Source: Deltaproteobacteria bacterium (GTDB taxonomy: Bacteria > Myxococcota_A > Polyangia > JAAYKL01). Taken from it: a DNA stretch of 64,000 bases. The stretch is taken from positions 3,064 through 67,063 of the forward strand of contig JAUVDV010000022.1 of NCBI GenBank assembly GCA_030595125.1, read 5' to 3'. Below are positions 50,006 through 60,086 of the stretch, piece after piece; the stretch's first letter is position 1, and every line of letters begins with the position of its first letter. Under the pieces are notes generated by a model. It saw only the letters and a program-made list of their open reading frames with translations, was not told where the DNA came from and made no database searches. A program made the translations under genes and the position numbers.

Positions 50006-51859
50006 CTAGTAATAGAGAATATCATCCATCGGATGACGATACAGCGGCTGTTTGAGGCGTTTCTGGTCGAAAACGTGCCCCATCATCCCGATTGTACGTC
50101 CGAGAATAAACAGGCTGTTCAGCCCCTCGAGATCGAGCACCTGTTGCATCTCCTCGGCGGTGAATTCACCGGATGATCGCATCATGTCTATGAACAAAAT
50201 GCCGATACAACCATCGACGTTCATAATCAGGTTGTTGCGCTTGGAGGTCGTTACCTCCTCTACCTTGAGGGCGTAGTCGAGTACTTCGGTACTGGGGAAG
50301 TTCTTCTTGGCGTACTCTTTCATGAGCGTAACGCGCTGGTCCGGATTCTGGACGCTCTTGACGAGGTGCCCGATGCCGGGGATGTTGATACCGGCTTTTT
50401 TCATGTCGGTAACGAACTGCAAGGGCGTCTTCTTGGCATCCGATGCCTCGGAAAAGTGCTTTGCCGCGCCATGCACGGCGCCGCCGAACCGAGGGCCGAT
50501 GGTCAGCATGCCGCTGACGATGCATGAAATCAGATCCTTGCCCGCGCGGGCCGTGACGATGGCGTTGTGCGCGCCGGACACCGCAGCGCCGTGATCGGCG
50601 GTAATCATCACAGCCATCTCGAGGAATTTGGTAGCCCATGGCGGAAGCAACTTCTTGAACCACAGCAGGCTGATAACGCCACCAATACCAATTTCATTCT
50701 TGAACACATCCGAAATGGTCATGGAGCGTTCGGAATCGTAGGGACCGCCGTAGGCCAGCTCGTCGCCGCTGTCGTCCGAAATTGTGGCGACGAAGTTTCT
50801 CGGCCTGCGAATGACTTTTTCTTTCAATGCCTTGGCGTAGTCCATCGGCATTGCGGGCGCCTCTGTCAGCGGTATCGGCTTGTGTTTTCCGTCAGCCACC
50901 AGCTTGTCGAACGTTTCCTTGATTACCACATCGTAGTTCTCGAACGAGTCGGGAACGATTGCGCCCGCTTCGCGCAGGGCTTCGTTCTTGGCGGTGGCTG
51001 TCTCGGCAGCCTTGTCCGCCCTTGCGCCGGCGTGTCCAAACTGAACTTCCGTCTTGAAGATACCTGCGCAGGTGCCGATGTTCCACATTACGAGCGGCTT
51101 GGTAATTCTTCCTTCCTTGAGAGCTGCGACGATTTTGTACTCGTCCTCGCCGCCAACTTCTCCGAGCGCGACTATCATCTTGATTTCGGGATTCGCCTCG
51201 TAGCGGAACAGATGGTCGGTCAGCGTGCTGAAGGGATAACGGTCGCCACCGATCGCCACTCCTTCGTAGAGTCCGTCCGTGTTGCGGCCGATGATGTTGT
51301 TGGCCTCGTTGGAGAGACCGCCCGACTTGGAGACAAATCCGACCGATCCGCTGCGGTGCAGCTTGGACTCGACGATGTTGTCCAGCATGCCGCCGGTGTT
51401 GCCGATCTTGAAGGCGCCGGCCACAATTCCGCCGACCGTGGCGGGACCGATGAGTATCTTTCCGCCGATCTTTTTCGCCTTGGCGGTGACCTCCTTGGCA
51501 TAGCGCTCCGGCATACCTTCCGCGATGACGGAAATCACGCGAAGCTGATCGTAGTCCAGCGCTTCCATCGTCGTGGGGAAGGCGGAACGGAACGACGCAA
51601 AGTTGACCATGGTCTCTATTGTGCTGTGATTCTTCATCACGTCAGCGATTGTCGGATAGATCGGAATGAGGAGCTCTTTTTCCCCCATGAAGGCCTTGTG
51701 AAGCCCTCCTTTCAGCGCGGTCGGGTTGACGATTGCGGTAACGCTCGGCTTTTCTCTACTGCTGACGTAATCGAAGTCCAGCATTCGCTGAATTGCGTTC
51801 CGCTGATAGCCGTAGATTACAGCTTCGGTATTTCTGTCGAATAGCTTGTAGTCTTTCAT
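50006..51859 (-). CDS. aclA: ATP citrate lyase alpha subunit
   Basis: IQRMLDFD, NFASFRSA, GPATVGG, phospho-His FGHAGA, citryl-CoA lyase domain DHGAAVSGAH / PGIGH / NVDG. Confidence 0.93.
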   Translation of the reverse strand: MKDYKLFDRNTEAVIYGYQRNAIQRMLDFDYVSSREKPSVTAIVNPTALKGGLHKAFMGEKELLIPIYPTIADVMKNHSTIETMVNFASFRSAFPTTMEALDYDQLRVISVIAEGMPERYAKEVTAKAKKIGGKILIGPATVGGIVAGAFKIGNTGGMLDNIVESKLHRSGSVGFVSKSGGLSNEANNIIGRNTDGLYEGVAIGGDRYPFSTLTDHLFRYEANPEIKMIVALGEVGGEDEYKIVAALKEGRITKPLVMWNIGTCAGIFKTEVQFGHAGARADKAAETATAKNEALREAGAIVPDSFENYDVVIKETFDKLVADGKHKPIPLTEAPAMPMDYAKALKEKVIRRPRNFVATISDDSGDELAYGGPYDSERSMTISDVFKNEIGIGGVISLLWFKKLLPPWATKFLEMAVMITADHGAAVSGAHNAIVTARAGKDLISCIVSGMLTIGPRFGGAVHGAAKHFSEASDAKKTPLQFVTDMKKAGINIPGIGHLVKSVQNPDQRVTLMKEYAKKNFPSTEVLDYALKVEEVTTSKRNNLIMNVDGCIGILFIDMMRSSGEFTAEEMQQVLDLEGLNSLFILGRTIGMMGHVFDQKRLKQPLYRHPMDDILYY

Positions 51860-51868
51860 TTTTACCTC

Positions 51869-53137
51869 CTAATTCTCTTCCAGGCCAAGGCTTACAATTT
51901 TGGTCATATGAGTTTCGGGCCCGTAGACTTCGATCGGCACGCCGAGAGTCTCGCCCAACTCGCGCATCAGCCTCAATCCCTCTTTGTAATTGGGGCCGCC
52001 GCGTCTCACATAGATTTTCACATTGTTTTCCTTCAGCTTGTCTTTGTAGTCGTTCAGGGCCTGAATGATGCCGGTAAAGGTCTTCGCAATGTCGGTGAAA
52101 TTGGCGATGCCGCCACCGATGAGAAGAACCTTTCCTTTTGGGTGCTTTGTCCTGGTCATCAGGTCCAGGAGGGTTTTTGTGTACTCGTAGGTCATCTCCT
52201 TGTTCGGGTCGCCGCTGTATTCGCCATAGTTTGCAATCTCTTCCGCTTTTCCGAGATCGGCGATCGTGTCGGCATAGATGACACTTGCGCCGCCGCCGGC
52301 AACGAGAGTCCAAATTCTACCTTCAGGGTTGATCAGGGTCAGCTTGAGCGAAGCGCCGGTCTTCTCGTCGAGACTCTTGATGTACGCCTCTTCCTTGCTC
52401 ATCACTCGCCCGAAAGGCGGAGGGAAATCCGTCTCGCCCCATTTTTCGACGCATTCGTAGAGCGCTGTATCGTCGAGGCGGGCGACCATGTCGAGCGGGA
52501 AAATATTATCTCCACTCATCGCGAACGGATTGATCTCGAGGTAGGCGAAATGCAGATCTGCATAGTACTTGTAAAGACCCTTGATGTACTTTGACACCAA
52601 CTTCTTCTTCTTGTCGTCCAGCTCCGCCGGGAGCTTAGCGGCCACGTCGATGGTCTCGATATCCGTGCTGGCCGGAACATCTATTTCCGACACGGTATCC
52701 CAGACTGACTCGATATCCATGCCGCCCTTGGTCGAGAAATAAATGGTATCGCCGGTCACATTGGATTTGATGGCAAGATAGTACTCTTCCTCGTGTTTGA
52801 CCAACGGTTCGATAATGAAATGAGTGAGCGAATCGGTGATCTTGCCGACCTTTGTCTCCTTGTTCATCCGCTCACCGATCCACTTGCGCACCTCGTCCAG
52901 GTTCTTGTCGATGAGCAGAAGCCCGTGCTTGCCGCGCTTGCCAAAAAGCTGGTCCGGCTTTGCCACGAGGGGCTTGGTCTTGAGCCAGGGATTTTCTTTT
53001 ACCAGAGTATCCCAGTTGGTCTTTTCGTCCACGAGCGCGATCTCACCCTCGTATCCGAAGCTCCCTCCCAGATATTCTGGCAGATATTTCGCCAGCATCC
53101 GCTTGCCATAGAATTCTCTTATTCCCCGTTGTGCCAT
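51869..53137 (-). CDS. aclB: ATP citrate lyase beta subunit
   Basis: KPDQLFGKRGK, LEINPF, VAGGGASVIYAD, NYGEYSG.P, GGGIANFT, RRGGPNY. Confidence 0.93.
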   Translation of the reverse strand: MAQRGIREFYGKRMLAKYLPEYLGGSFGYEGEIALVDEKTNWDTLVKENPWLKTKPLVAKPDQLFGKRGKHGLLLIDKNLDEVRKWIGERMNKETKVGKITDSLTHFIIEPLVKHEEEYYLAIKSNVTGDTIYFSTKGGMDIESVWDTVSEIDVPASTDIETIDVAAKLPAELDDKKKKLVSKYIKGLYKYYADLHFAYLEINPFAMSGDNIFPLDMVARLDDTALYECVEKWGETDFPPPFGRVMSKEEAYIKSLDEKTGASLKLTLINPEGRIWTLVAGGGASVIYADTIADLGKAEEIANYGEYSGDPNKEMTYEYTKTLLDLMTRTKHPKGKVLLIGGGIANFTDIAKTFTGIIQALNDYKDKLKENNVKIYVRRGGPNYKEGLRLMRELGETLGVPIEVYGPETHMTKIVSLGLEEN

Positions 53138-53207
53138 TTTCGACTCCTTTTTCTATTCTTTCCCTGATTCTTTTCCCTGTTTATTTTGCTCTTGATCGCG
53201 CCGTGTC

Positions 53208-55133
53208 CTAGAGGAAATTCAGCATACCGCCCGCCAGAATGATTTTTTTCTGACGCTCTGAAAGTTTGGCGCTTACCTTGAACGTTGTTCCCTTGGTGAC
53301 GTTCTTCACTACCGCGACACCGTCGCCGGCGATAACGTCGCGAACCTTCTCAATCTCGAGTTTGTCACCCTGGTCGATCGCGTCGAGGTCGTCGGGGTTT
53401 TCGAAATTGAACGGAATGATGCCGAAATTGATGAGGTTGGCTATGTGAATGCGCTCGTACGACTTGGTAATGACCGCCTTCACGCCCATGTACATCGGAC
53501 AGAGCGCCGCGTGCTCACGCGAAGAACCCTGACCGTAGCTCAGGCCGCCTACTATGATGTTGAACTCGCCGTTCTTCTGGATTTTCTTCGCCCGGTTGAA
53601 AAACTCGGGATCGAGGACCTCAAAAAGAAACTCGGAATACTTGGGAACATTGGAACGATATTTCATTTTCGCGCCGGCGGGTATGATGTGATCCGTCGTG
53701 ATCTCATCACCGACCTTTATAGTCACTTCGGCGTTTATCGCTTCGGGCAACGGGTCGTTCTTCGGCGGGTCGCCAATGTTGGGCCCGCGAACGATCTCCA
53801 CCTTGCTCGGATCCTCTGCGGGAGGAACGATCATGGTGTCATCCACCAGGAACTGCTCGGGCATCTCTACTTTTGGATACTCCATGTCGAGGTCGCGCGG
53901 ATCGGTAATCTTTCCGGTGAGCACGGCTGCCGCCGCCGTTTCGCAGCTTACCAGGTAAGCATCTGCGCTCTTGGTGCCCGATCTGTTCAGGAAATTGCGG
54001 TTTGAGGTCCTCAGCGATACCGCATCTGACTTGGGCGACTGACTGTTGCCGATGCAGAAGCCGCAGGCGTTTTCCGCAAGCCGTCCGCCGGCTGAGAGCA
54101 GGTCGAAAAGCGACCCCTCTTTGGTCAGCATCTGGACAACCTGACGCGAACCGGGAGCAATAACGAAGCTCAGATCGGGGGGCGCCGCTCCCTCTTTTAC
54201 AATGCGCGCCGTGGTGGTGAGATCGACATACGAGGAATTGGTGCAGCTTCCCACGCAAACCTGATCGACACTCAGGCCGGCGAGTTCTTTTACTGTCTTG
54301 ATGTTACCCGGGCTGTGAGGCGCTGCCGCCATGGGCACGACTTCGCTCAGGTTCAGCTCCACTACCTTGGAGTATTCGGCGTCATCGTCGGCCTTGAACT
54401 CCGCCCAATCGTTTTCGCGATTTTGCCCTTTCAGGAACTTGCGCGTCTCCTGATCGCTTGGGAAAACAGAGGTCGTAACGCCACACTCGGCGCCCATGTT
54501 GGTGATAGTGGCGCGCTCGGGGACCGAAAGGGTCGCCACTCCGGGGCCACCGTACTCCAGCACAACACCCACATTACCCTTGGTAGTGAACATTTCCAGA
54601 ACCTTGAGTATGACATCCTTTGCCGCAACCCAGGGTTGAAGCTGACCCGTCAGGTTGATTTTGACGACGTCGGGACAAGTGAGATAGAAAGCGCCGCCAC
54701 CCATGGCAACCGCCACGTCCAGGCCTCCGGAGCCCATGGCAATCATTCCGATGCCGCCGCCCGTGGGCGTATGACTGTCGGAACCGAGCAATGTCTTGCC
54801 CGGCTTGCCGAATCGCTCGAGGTGTACCTGATGGCAGATGCCGTTGCCGGAACGGGAAAGATAGATCCCGTACTTCGAGGCCGCCCCTTGCAGGTATTTC
54901 TGATCGTCCGCGTTTTCGTAACCTATTTGAATTGTATTATGATCAACATAACTCACGGCAAGTTCGTTCTTGACACGTTTGATGCCCATCGCCTCGAACT
55001 GCAAGTACGCCATCGTCCCGGTCGCATCCTGCGTCAAAGTCTGATCGATGCGGATGGCGATCTCTTCTCCAGGCTCCCATTTTCCTTCTACGATGTGTTG
55101 CTCAATGATTTTCCGTGCCAGGCTTTTTCCCAT
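53208..55133 (-). CDS. Aconitate hydratase (641-aa type)
   Basis: QDATG, DHN, GICH, GSDSHT, GSCTN, CGFCIG, NRNF, GSSREHAA. Confidence 0.92.
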   Translation of the reverse strand: MGKSLARKIIEQHIVEGKWEPGEEIAIRIDQTLTQDATGTMAYLQFEAMGIKRVKNELAVSYVDHNTIQIGYENADDQKYLQGAASKYGIYLSRSGNGICHQVHLERFGKPGKTLLGSDSHTPTGGGIGMIAMGSGGLDVAVAMGGGAFYLTCPDVVKINLTGQLQPWVAAKDVILKVLEMFTTKGNVGVVLEYGGPGVATLSVPERATITNMGAECGVTTSVFPSDQETRKFLKGQNRENDWAEFKADDDAEYSKVVELNLSEVVPMAAAPHSPGNIKTVKELAGLSVDQVCVGSCTNSSYVDLTTTARIVKEGAAPPDLSFVIAPGSRQVVQMLTKEGSLFDLLSAGGRLAENACGFCIGNSQSPKSDAVSLRTSNRNFLNRSGTKSADAYLVSCETAAAAVLTGKITDPRDLDMEYPKVEMPEQFLVDDTMIVPPAEDPSKVEIVRGPNIGDPPKNDPLPEAINAEVTIKVGDEITTDHIIPAGAKMKYRSNVPKYSEFLFEVLDPEFFNRAKKIQKNGEFNIIVGGLSYGQGSSREHAALCPMYMGVKAVITKSYERIHIANLINFGIIPFNFENPDDLDAIDQGDKLEIEKVRDVIAGDGVAVVKNVTKGTTFKVSAKLSERQKKIILAGGMLNFL

Positions 55134-55258
55134 TGCCGTACCTCTCTTTCTTCACTTCCTTGATTGAAACGGGAAACAAGCACCCTATTCCCGTTTTGCT
55201 TTTTCCTGATTTTGCTTATGATTTATATCATCTTGCACTTTTGCATTGAGGTTTCTCT

Positions 55259-55275
55259 TGTAGCATTTTCCTACA
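55259..55275 (-). promoter_or_regulatory. Palindromic putative regulator site upstream of aconitase
   Basis: Minus-strand TGTAGGAAAATGCTACA; 14 of 17 identical to 32170-32186. Confidence 0.45.
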
Positions 55276-55495
55276 TGCCGCTACTTCTCAGCGGCCCAAG
55301 AATTGCTCATCAATTCCAAACTTTTCCCTAAGATATTCAACTGGCAATGCCATCAATTTTTTCTTTTGGCAATACTGTGCAAATGTTCCTTTAGAACGGG
55401 ACGACAAATGAGATTTGTCACGAAAATGTGGAAATAAACGAAGATCTTATCCAGATCGAAAGCACCTGACTAACGATGGCGATCCAGATCGGATT

Positions 55496-56365
55496 CTATC
55501 CCATCTCACGACGCACGGAATTGGCCAAAATGCCCACTCCTTCGAGATGCACCTCCATTCGGTCGCCGTCTTGCAGGAAGATCGGGGGATCCTGAAACAC
55601 CCCCACCCCGGCCGGGGTTCCGGTGACGATGATATCGCCTGGAAAGAGGGTCATCTGATGCGACACAAAGGCAATGATCTCGGCTGTGGGGACCACCATT
55701 TCGGCAGTGCGCGCCTCCTGGCGAACCTCATCGTTGACGACCATCTTGATGCCCAGATCGTCGGGGTCGCCTATTTCGTCGCTGGACACGACCCATGGAC
55801 CCACCGGCCCGAAGGTGTCGAATCCCTTGCCGCGAAACCAGAGGCGATCACTGAACTGCGCTTCTCGGCCGCTAACATCATTGAAAGCAGTCACTCCTGC
55901 AACATGGGAGAGCGCATCGTCGACCTTGACTGCTTTCGCCGTGCGCCCGATGACCAGCGCCATCTCGGCCTCGAAATCCGGCTTGCTCTCGTGGGCCGGA
56001 ACGATCACCGTCGCTTCATGCCCCACCAGGCAGCTTGGCGCCTTGGCAAAGAGCATCGGCTGTTCCGAGGCCTTCCGGTTCTGCTCCGCCGCGTGTGCGC
56101 CGTAGTTGCGACCGAGCGCCACTACCTTTGAAGTATCCGGCACGGGAGGAGCGAACCGAATCGAAGAGAGCGGCTGGACGTGTTGGCTCTCAAAGCTACC
56201 CGCGTCCACAAGCCGCGCGATCTCCTTGTCAATGCCGGCGGCCAGAAGTTGCCGCCAGCTGCGTGGCCATTGGGGCCACTGGCCGGCGATGTCGAGAACC
56301 TGATCATCGCCTACGAGGACACCGGGGCGTTCCCCTTCCGGGTGGTTGAAGCTCAACCATTTCAT
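55496..56365 (-). CDS. Fumarylacetoacetate hydrolase family protein
   Basis: GRNYGAHAAE, DFEAE, NDVS.R, GKGFDTF.P.GP, TGTPAGVG. Confidence 0.93.
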   Translation of the reverse strand: MKWLSFNHPEGERPGVLVGDDQVLDIAGQWPQWPRSWRQLLAAGIDKEIARLVDAGSFESQHVQPLSSIRFAPPVPDTSKVVALGRNYGAHAAEQNRKASEQPMLFAKAPSCLVGHEATVIVPAHESKPDFEAEMALVIGRTAKAVKVDDALSHVAGVTAFNDVSGREAQFSDRLWFRGKGFDTFGPVGPWVVSSDEIGDPDDLGIKMVVNDEVRQEARTAEMVVPTAEIIAFVSHQMTLFPGDIIVTGTPAGVGVFQDPPIFLQDGDRMEVHLEGVGILANSVRREMG

Positions 56366-56503
56366 TTTACTGCTCCTTCCGAACACTACGCTGACAGGTT
56401 AATTCTGTTCCCGCGTTCTTGACACTTTCACTATCAGACGATATTGCGTTTTTTAACAATTGCAACATATCTGTTTTCACCTTCACAGAGGATGCTATCA
56501 GAC

Positions 56504-57853
56504 ATGGATATTTCGTTCTTTCGCCGAGGTATCAAGCTATCCCGTCGGGCGAGACCTGGAAAGATTGAGCAGATTCCCCCTCCCGGACGGGCAGTGCTGT
56601 CACTTCAGCAGGGAAGCGGTCCTCCTGCCGAACCGTCGATAGAAATTGGAGAGACGGTCATAGTAGGGCAGACGCTCGCCCAGTGCGCTTCTGGAAGCGG
56701 GGCCGACCTCCACGCTTCAATCAGCGGCGAGGTGACGGCGTTCGAGGATCTGCATTTCCCCAACGGGACCACCGTCAAGGCGCTGGTCATCGAAGGCGAC
56801 GGAAAGGACACCTGGGCAGAGCCCGAGCGAGATGACAAACCATTGATTGCGAGCCCCGGCGAGTTGCTCGAACGCATCCGCCGCGGCGGTGTCATCCGGC
56901 AAGGCAGCGAGACCAAGTCTCTGGCCGAAGTCATCGGCGAGGCCATGTCTCCGCGCGGGTATCTCTCTTCCACCGGATCCACGGTCGCCAAACCGGTCAG
57001 GCATATTGCTGTGCGCTTCGCCGACCAGGACCCCCACCTCGACGCGCTCGCGGCCATGACCGAAACAATCGGCGATAAAACTGCGGATCTCGATCTCGGG
57101 GTCAAGGTGCTCGCCTCGATTACCGGCGCCGAGCAAATTCATTTCGTGCTCGACAACAAACAAGAGACGCCCGGCCTCGACAAGCTGGCCGACGATAACG
57201 ACTACGCAGTCTTGCGCCTGGACGCAACCAACTATCCTGACCTCTCCAGCCCAATGGTAGCCCGGGCGGTTTCCGGCAAGGAACCCGACACCGCTTTCAA
57301 GAGAGTGCACGAAAACGGCATCTTGGTTCTGGATGTAGACACTGTGCTGGAAACGGCCCTCGCAGCGCGAGACCGGCGACCGGTTGTCAGCAAACTGATA
57401 TCAGTCAACGGCCCGGAAGGGGCAGGCGTATTCGAAGCACGACTGGGCACACCGCTCGCCGATATCGTCTCGGCCGCAGGCCAAAAAAAGGAAATCGGAA
57501 AGGTGGTGCTCGGCGGCCCGATGAAAGGCATCGCCCACCACACTCTTGAGTTCCCGCTCACCAAGGAGATCTCTGGAATTACGCTGTTTGGTCGAGATCA
57601 AATAGACATGGCAGTCAACGATCCGTGCGTCGGTTGCGGGCTGTGCTCGATGGTATGCCCGATACGCCTCACGCCCGGGATGCTCTCGAGATACTGCGAG
57701 TTCAGCTCGTGGGATCTGGCGCAAGAAGCGCATTTGTTCTCATGCATCGAGTGCGGCTGTTGCGCCTATGTATGCCCGGCCGGCCGCTCGATGGTGCAGT
57801 TCATGGTTCAGGGTAAGAGCGAGTTGCTGTCCACGCGGAGGTCGGAATCATGA
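56504..57853 (+). CDS. rnfC: RnfC-like subunit (FMN/NADH motifs degenerate)
   Basis: HASISGEV, GTP, GGPMKG, CVGCGLC..CP and CIECGCCAYVCP; first gene of the rnf operon. Confidence 0.85.
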   Translation: MDISFFRRGIKLSRRARPGKIEQIPPPGRAVLSLQQGSGPPAEPSIEIGETVIVGQTLAQCASGSGADLHASISGEVTAFEDLHFPNGTTVKALVIEGDGKDTWAEPERDDKPLIASPGELLERIRRGGVIRQGSETKSLAEVIGEAMSPRGYLSSTGSTVAKPVRHIAVRFADQDPHLDALAAMTETIGDKTADLDLGVKVLASITGAEQIHFVLDNKQETPGLDKLADDNDYAVLRLDATNYPDLSSPMVARAVSGKEPDTAFKRVHENGILVLDVDTVLETALAARDRRPVVSKLISVNGPEGAGVFEARLGTPLADIVSAAGQKKEIGKVVLGGPMKGIAHHTLEFPLTKEISGITLFGRDQIDMAVNDPCVGCGLCSMVCPIRLTPGMLSRYCEFSSWDLAQEAHLFSCIECGCCAYVCPAGRSMVQFMVQGKSELLSTRRSES

Positions 57854-58830
57854 CAAATCAACGACTTGTCGTTTCAATATCTCCACATATCAAGAACGGA
57901 CGCACCGTGCGGCGCATGATCGTGACCACAATAGCGGCGCTCGCGCCGGCCGCGCTCTGGGGATTCTATCAGTTCGGCCTCGATGCCCTCGCGCTCGTCG
58001 CGGTTGGAATCACCGCCGCTTGCGCCACCGAAGCACTGATCACCCGATTGGCCAAAAAGCGTTCCTCTCTGGGTGACGGCCACGCAGTGCTCACTGGGCT
58101 TGTGCTCGCCTTGCTCGTCCCGGCCGGCGTCCCGTTCTGGCTCGTAATCGTGGGAGCGGTCATGGCCATCCTGGTGGGCAAGATGCCGTTCGGTCCTCTG
58201 GGAGGAGCACCCATTTATCCTGCGCTCGTGGGATTATTGATCGTCGCGACATCCTGGCCCACCGAGATACGTAGCTATGTCCAGCCGACCACCGCCCCGG
58301 TAGAGCTCAAGGTAGAGGGCGCGGCCGACGCTGAAACTCCCCGTGACGCGGTATTCATCGACCCGAGCGACGAGGCCGAATACAAAACTGCAGACCTCTT
58401 CCTGGGTAAACAGGTCGGGCCGATCGGCGCGATTTCCCCGTTGCTTCTGTTGCTCGGGGGGCTGTTCTTGATCCTGCGCCGGGTCGCCCGGTGGCAGGCG
58501 CCACTCGGATTCCTTCTCGGCATGGGCCTTGCCGCCGGGATCGGCCACGCGCTCGACCCGAGCGGTTGTGCTTCTGCGTCTTTTCATCTGTTCACCGGTT
58601 CGGCCATGTTCGGCGCGTTTTTCCTCTGCACCGACTGGTCGTCAACACCCGTGACCCCGTGGGGTATGTTCCTGTTCGGCTTGATCGGCGGCGGATTGGC
58701 GGTTCTTCTCCGAATCGCCGGCCTTCCCTACGGAGCCGTGCCGTGGGCCATCGTGATCATGTCACTGGCCACACCGATCTTCGACCGCATCACCCCCACG
58801 CCTTTTGGAAAGGTGGCGAGCCATGCGTAA
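57850..58830 (+). CDS. rnfD: Rnf complex subunit D
   Basis: SPHI, ALAPA, LFTGSAMFGAFFLCTD..STP.T. Confidence 0.9.
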   Translation: MTNQRLVVSISPHIKNGRTVRRMIVTTIAALAPAALWGFYQFGLDALALVAVGITAACATEALITRLAKKRSSLGDGHAVLTGLVLALLVPAGVPFWLVIVGAVMAILVGKMPFGPLGGAPIYPALVGLLIVATSWPTEIRSYVQPTTAPVELKVEGAADAETPRDAVFIDPSDEAEYKTADLFLGKQVGPIGAISPLLLLLGGLFLILRRVARWQAPLGFLLGMGLAAGIGHALDPSGCASASFHLFTGSAMFGAFFLCTDWSSTPVTPWGMFLFGLIGGGLAVLLRIAGLPYGAVPWAIVIMSLATPIFDRITPTPFGKVASHA

Positions 58831-59428
58831 CAAAATCTGGTTCATGGCGGTCGTGCTCGGTATCGTGGCGTTCCTCGCCGGCCTGGCTCTGGCCGGGGTA
58901 AAAGGAATGACCACCCCGATCATTGAAAAACGCATCCTGGAACAAAAGATCAAACCCAGCCTCGATGAATTTTTCGGGAGTCTCGATCTGGAAAACGATT
59001 GCATTGAGGATCGACAGGTTCTCGATCTCGGCAAGGACGCCCGTGGCCGAAAGCAAGTCACTACTCTGTTCCTGGGCAAAAAGGGCGGCAAGGTCGTCGT
59101 CGCGGCGCTCAAGACCAAGGCCGCGGGTTTCGGCGGCGACATAGAGGTGCTCACTGCTTTCAGCCTCGACGACAAGAAGATCCTCGGCGTCAAGACGCTC
59201 AGCCAATCCGAGACAATGGGTCTTGGAGCACGCGTTTCCAACGATGCCGAGCCGTTTATCCAACAGTTTAGCGGAATGAATTATTCGGATGGGGTCGCAA
59301 TGCGCTCGAACGGCGGGTTGGTTGACGCCATCTCCGGAGCAACGGTTTCGTCGGTGGCATTCACGGCGGCGGTGATCAGGGCGACCGAACTCGTAGAAAC
59401 AAACGTGGGCTCGGCCGCGGCGAATTAG
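58823..59428 (+). CDS. rnfG: Rnf complex subunit G
   Basis: N-terminal TM, GFGG.I, ETMGLG, DAISGATVSS flavinylation motif. Confidence 0.92.
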   Translation: MRNKIWFMAVVLGIVAFLAGLALAGVKGMTTPIIEKRILEQKIKPSLDEFFGSLDLENDCIEDRQVLDLGKDARGRKQVTTLFLGKKGGKVVVAALKTKAAGFGGDIEVLTAFSLDDKKILGVKTLSQSETMGLGARVSNDAEPFIQQFSGMNYSDGVAMRSNGGLVDAISGATVSSVAFTAAVIRATELVETNVGSAAAN

Positions 59429-59440
59429 GAAGGCTCGAAT

Positions 59441-60076
59441 ATGAGGACATTAACCCAGGAGTTCACCAAGGGGCTTTGGGAACAGATACCGCCTTTCCGG
59501 CTGGTGCTCGGGCTATGCCCCACCCTGGCGGTTACCAAATCACTCGAGGGCGGATGGGGCATGGGCCTGGCCACTACGTTTGTGCTCGTATGCTCCAATA
59601 TCCTCATCTCGGCCCTGAGGAACGTCATTCCGCCAAAGGTGCGCATCGCCACCTTCATTGTGATCATCGCCACTTTCGTCGTGATCACCGAGCTAGTCAT
59701 GAAGGCCTACACGCCAATGCTCTCGGAAACGCTGGGGGTTTTCATTCCACTCATTGTGGTCAACTGCATCATCCTCGGCAGGGCGGAGGCGTTTGCCTCG
59801 AAAAACGGAATGGGGCGTTCTCTGCTCGACGGCCTGGGCATCGGCCTCGGGTTCACCCTGGCGCTCGCGGTGCTGGGCGGCCTTCGAGAATTGCTTGGCA
59901 CCGGCAAGCTGACCATGTTCGCCCAGGCGAATCTGGACTTGACAATCATCCCGCTGGGAGAGGGCCGTGAGTTTCTGTTCAAATTTATGGTCGACCCGCC
60001 CGGCGCGTTTGTCTGTCTGGGCGCAATGCTCCTGCTGATGAATTTGATAAGCGAACGATCGGCCAAGGCCGCGTGA
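59441..60076 (+). CDS. rnfE: Rnf complex subunit E
   Basis: LGLCPTLAVT, FIPLIVVNCIILGRAEAFA. Confidence 0.95.
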   Translation: MRTLTQEFTKGLWEQIPPFRLVLGLCPTLAVTKSLEGGWGMGLATTFVLVCSNILISALRNVIPPKVRIATFIVIIATFVVITELVMKAYTPMLSETLGVFIPLIVVNCIILGRAEAFASKNGMGRSLLDGLGIGLGFTLALAVLGGLRELLGTGKLTMFAQANLDLTIIPLGEGREFLFKFMVDPPGAFVCLGAMLLLMNLISERSAKAA

Positions 60077-60086
60077 GGAGAAAACA

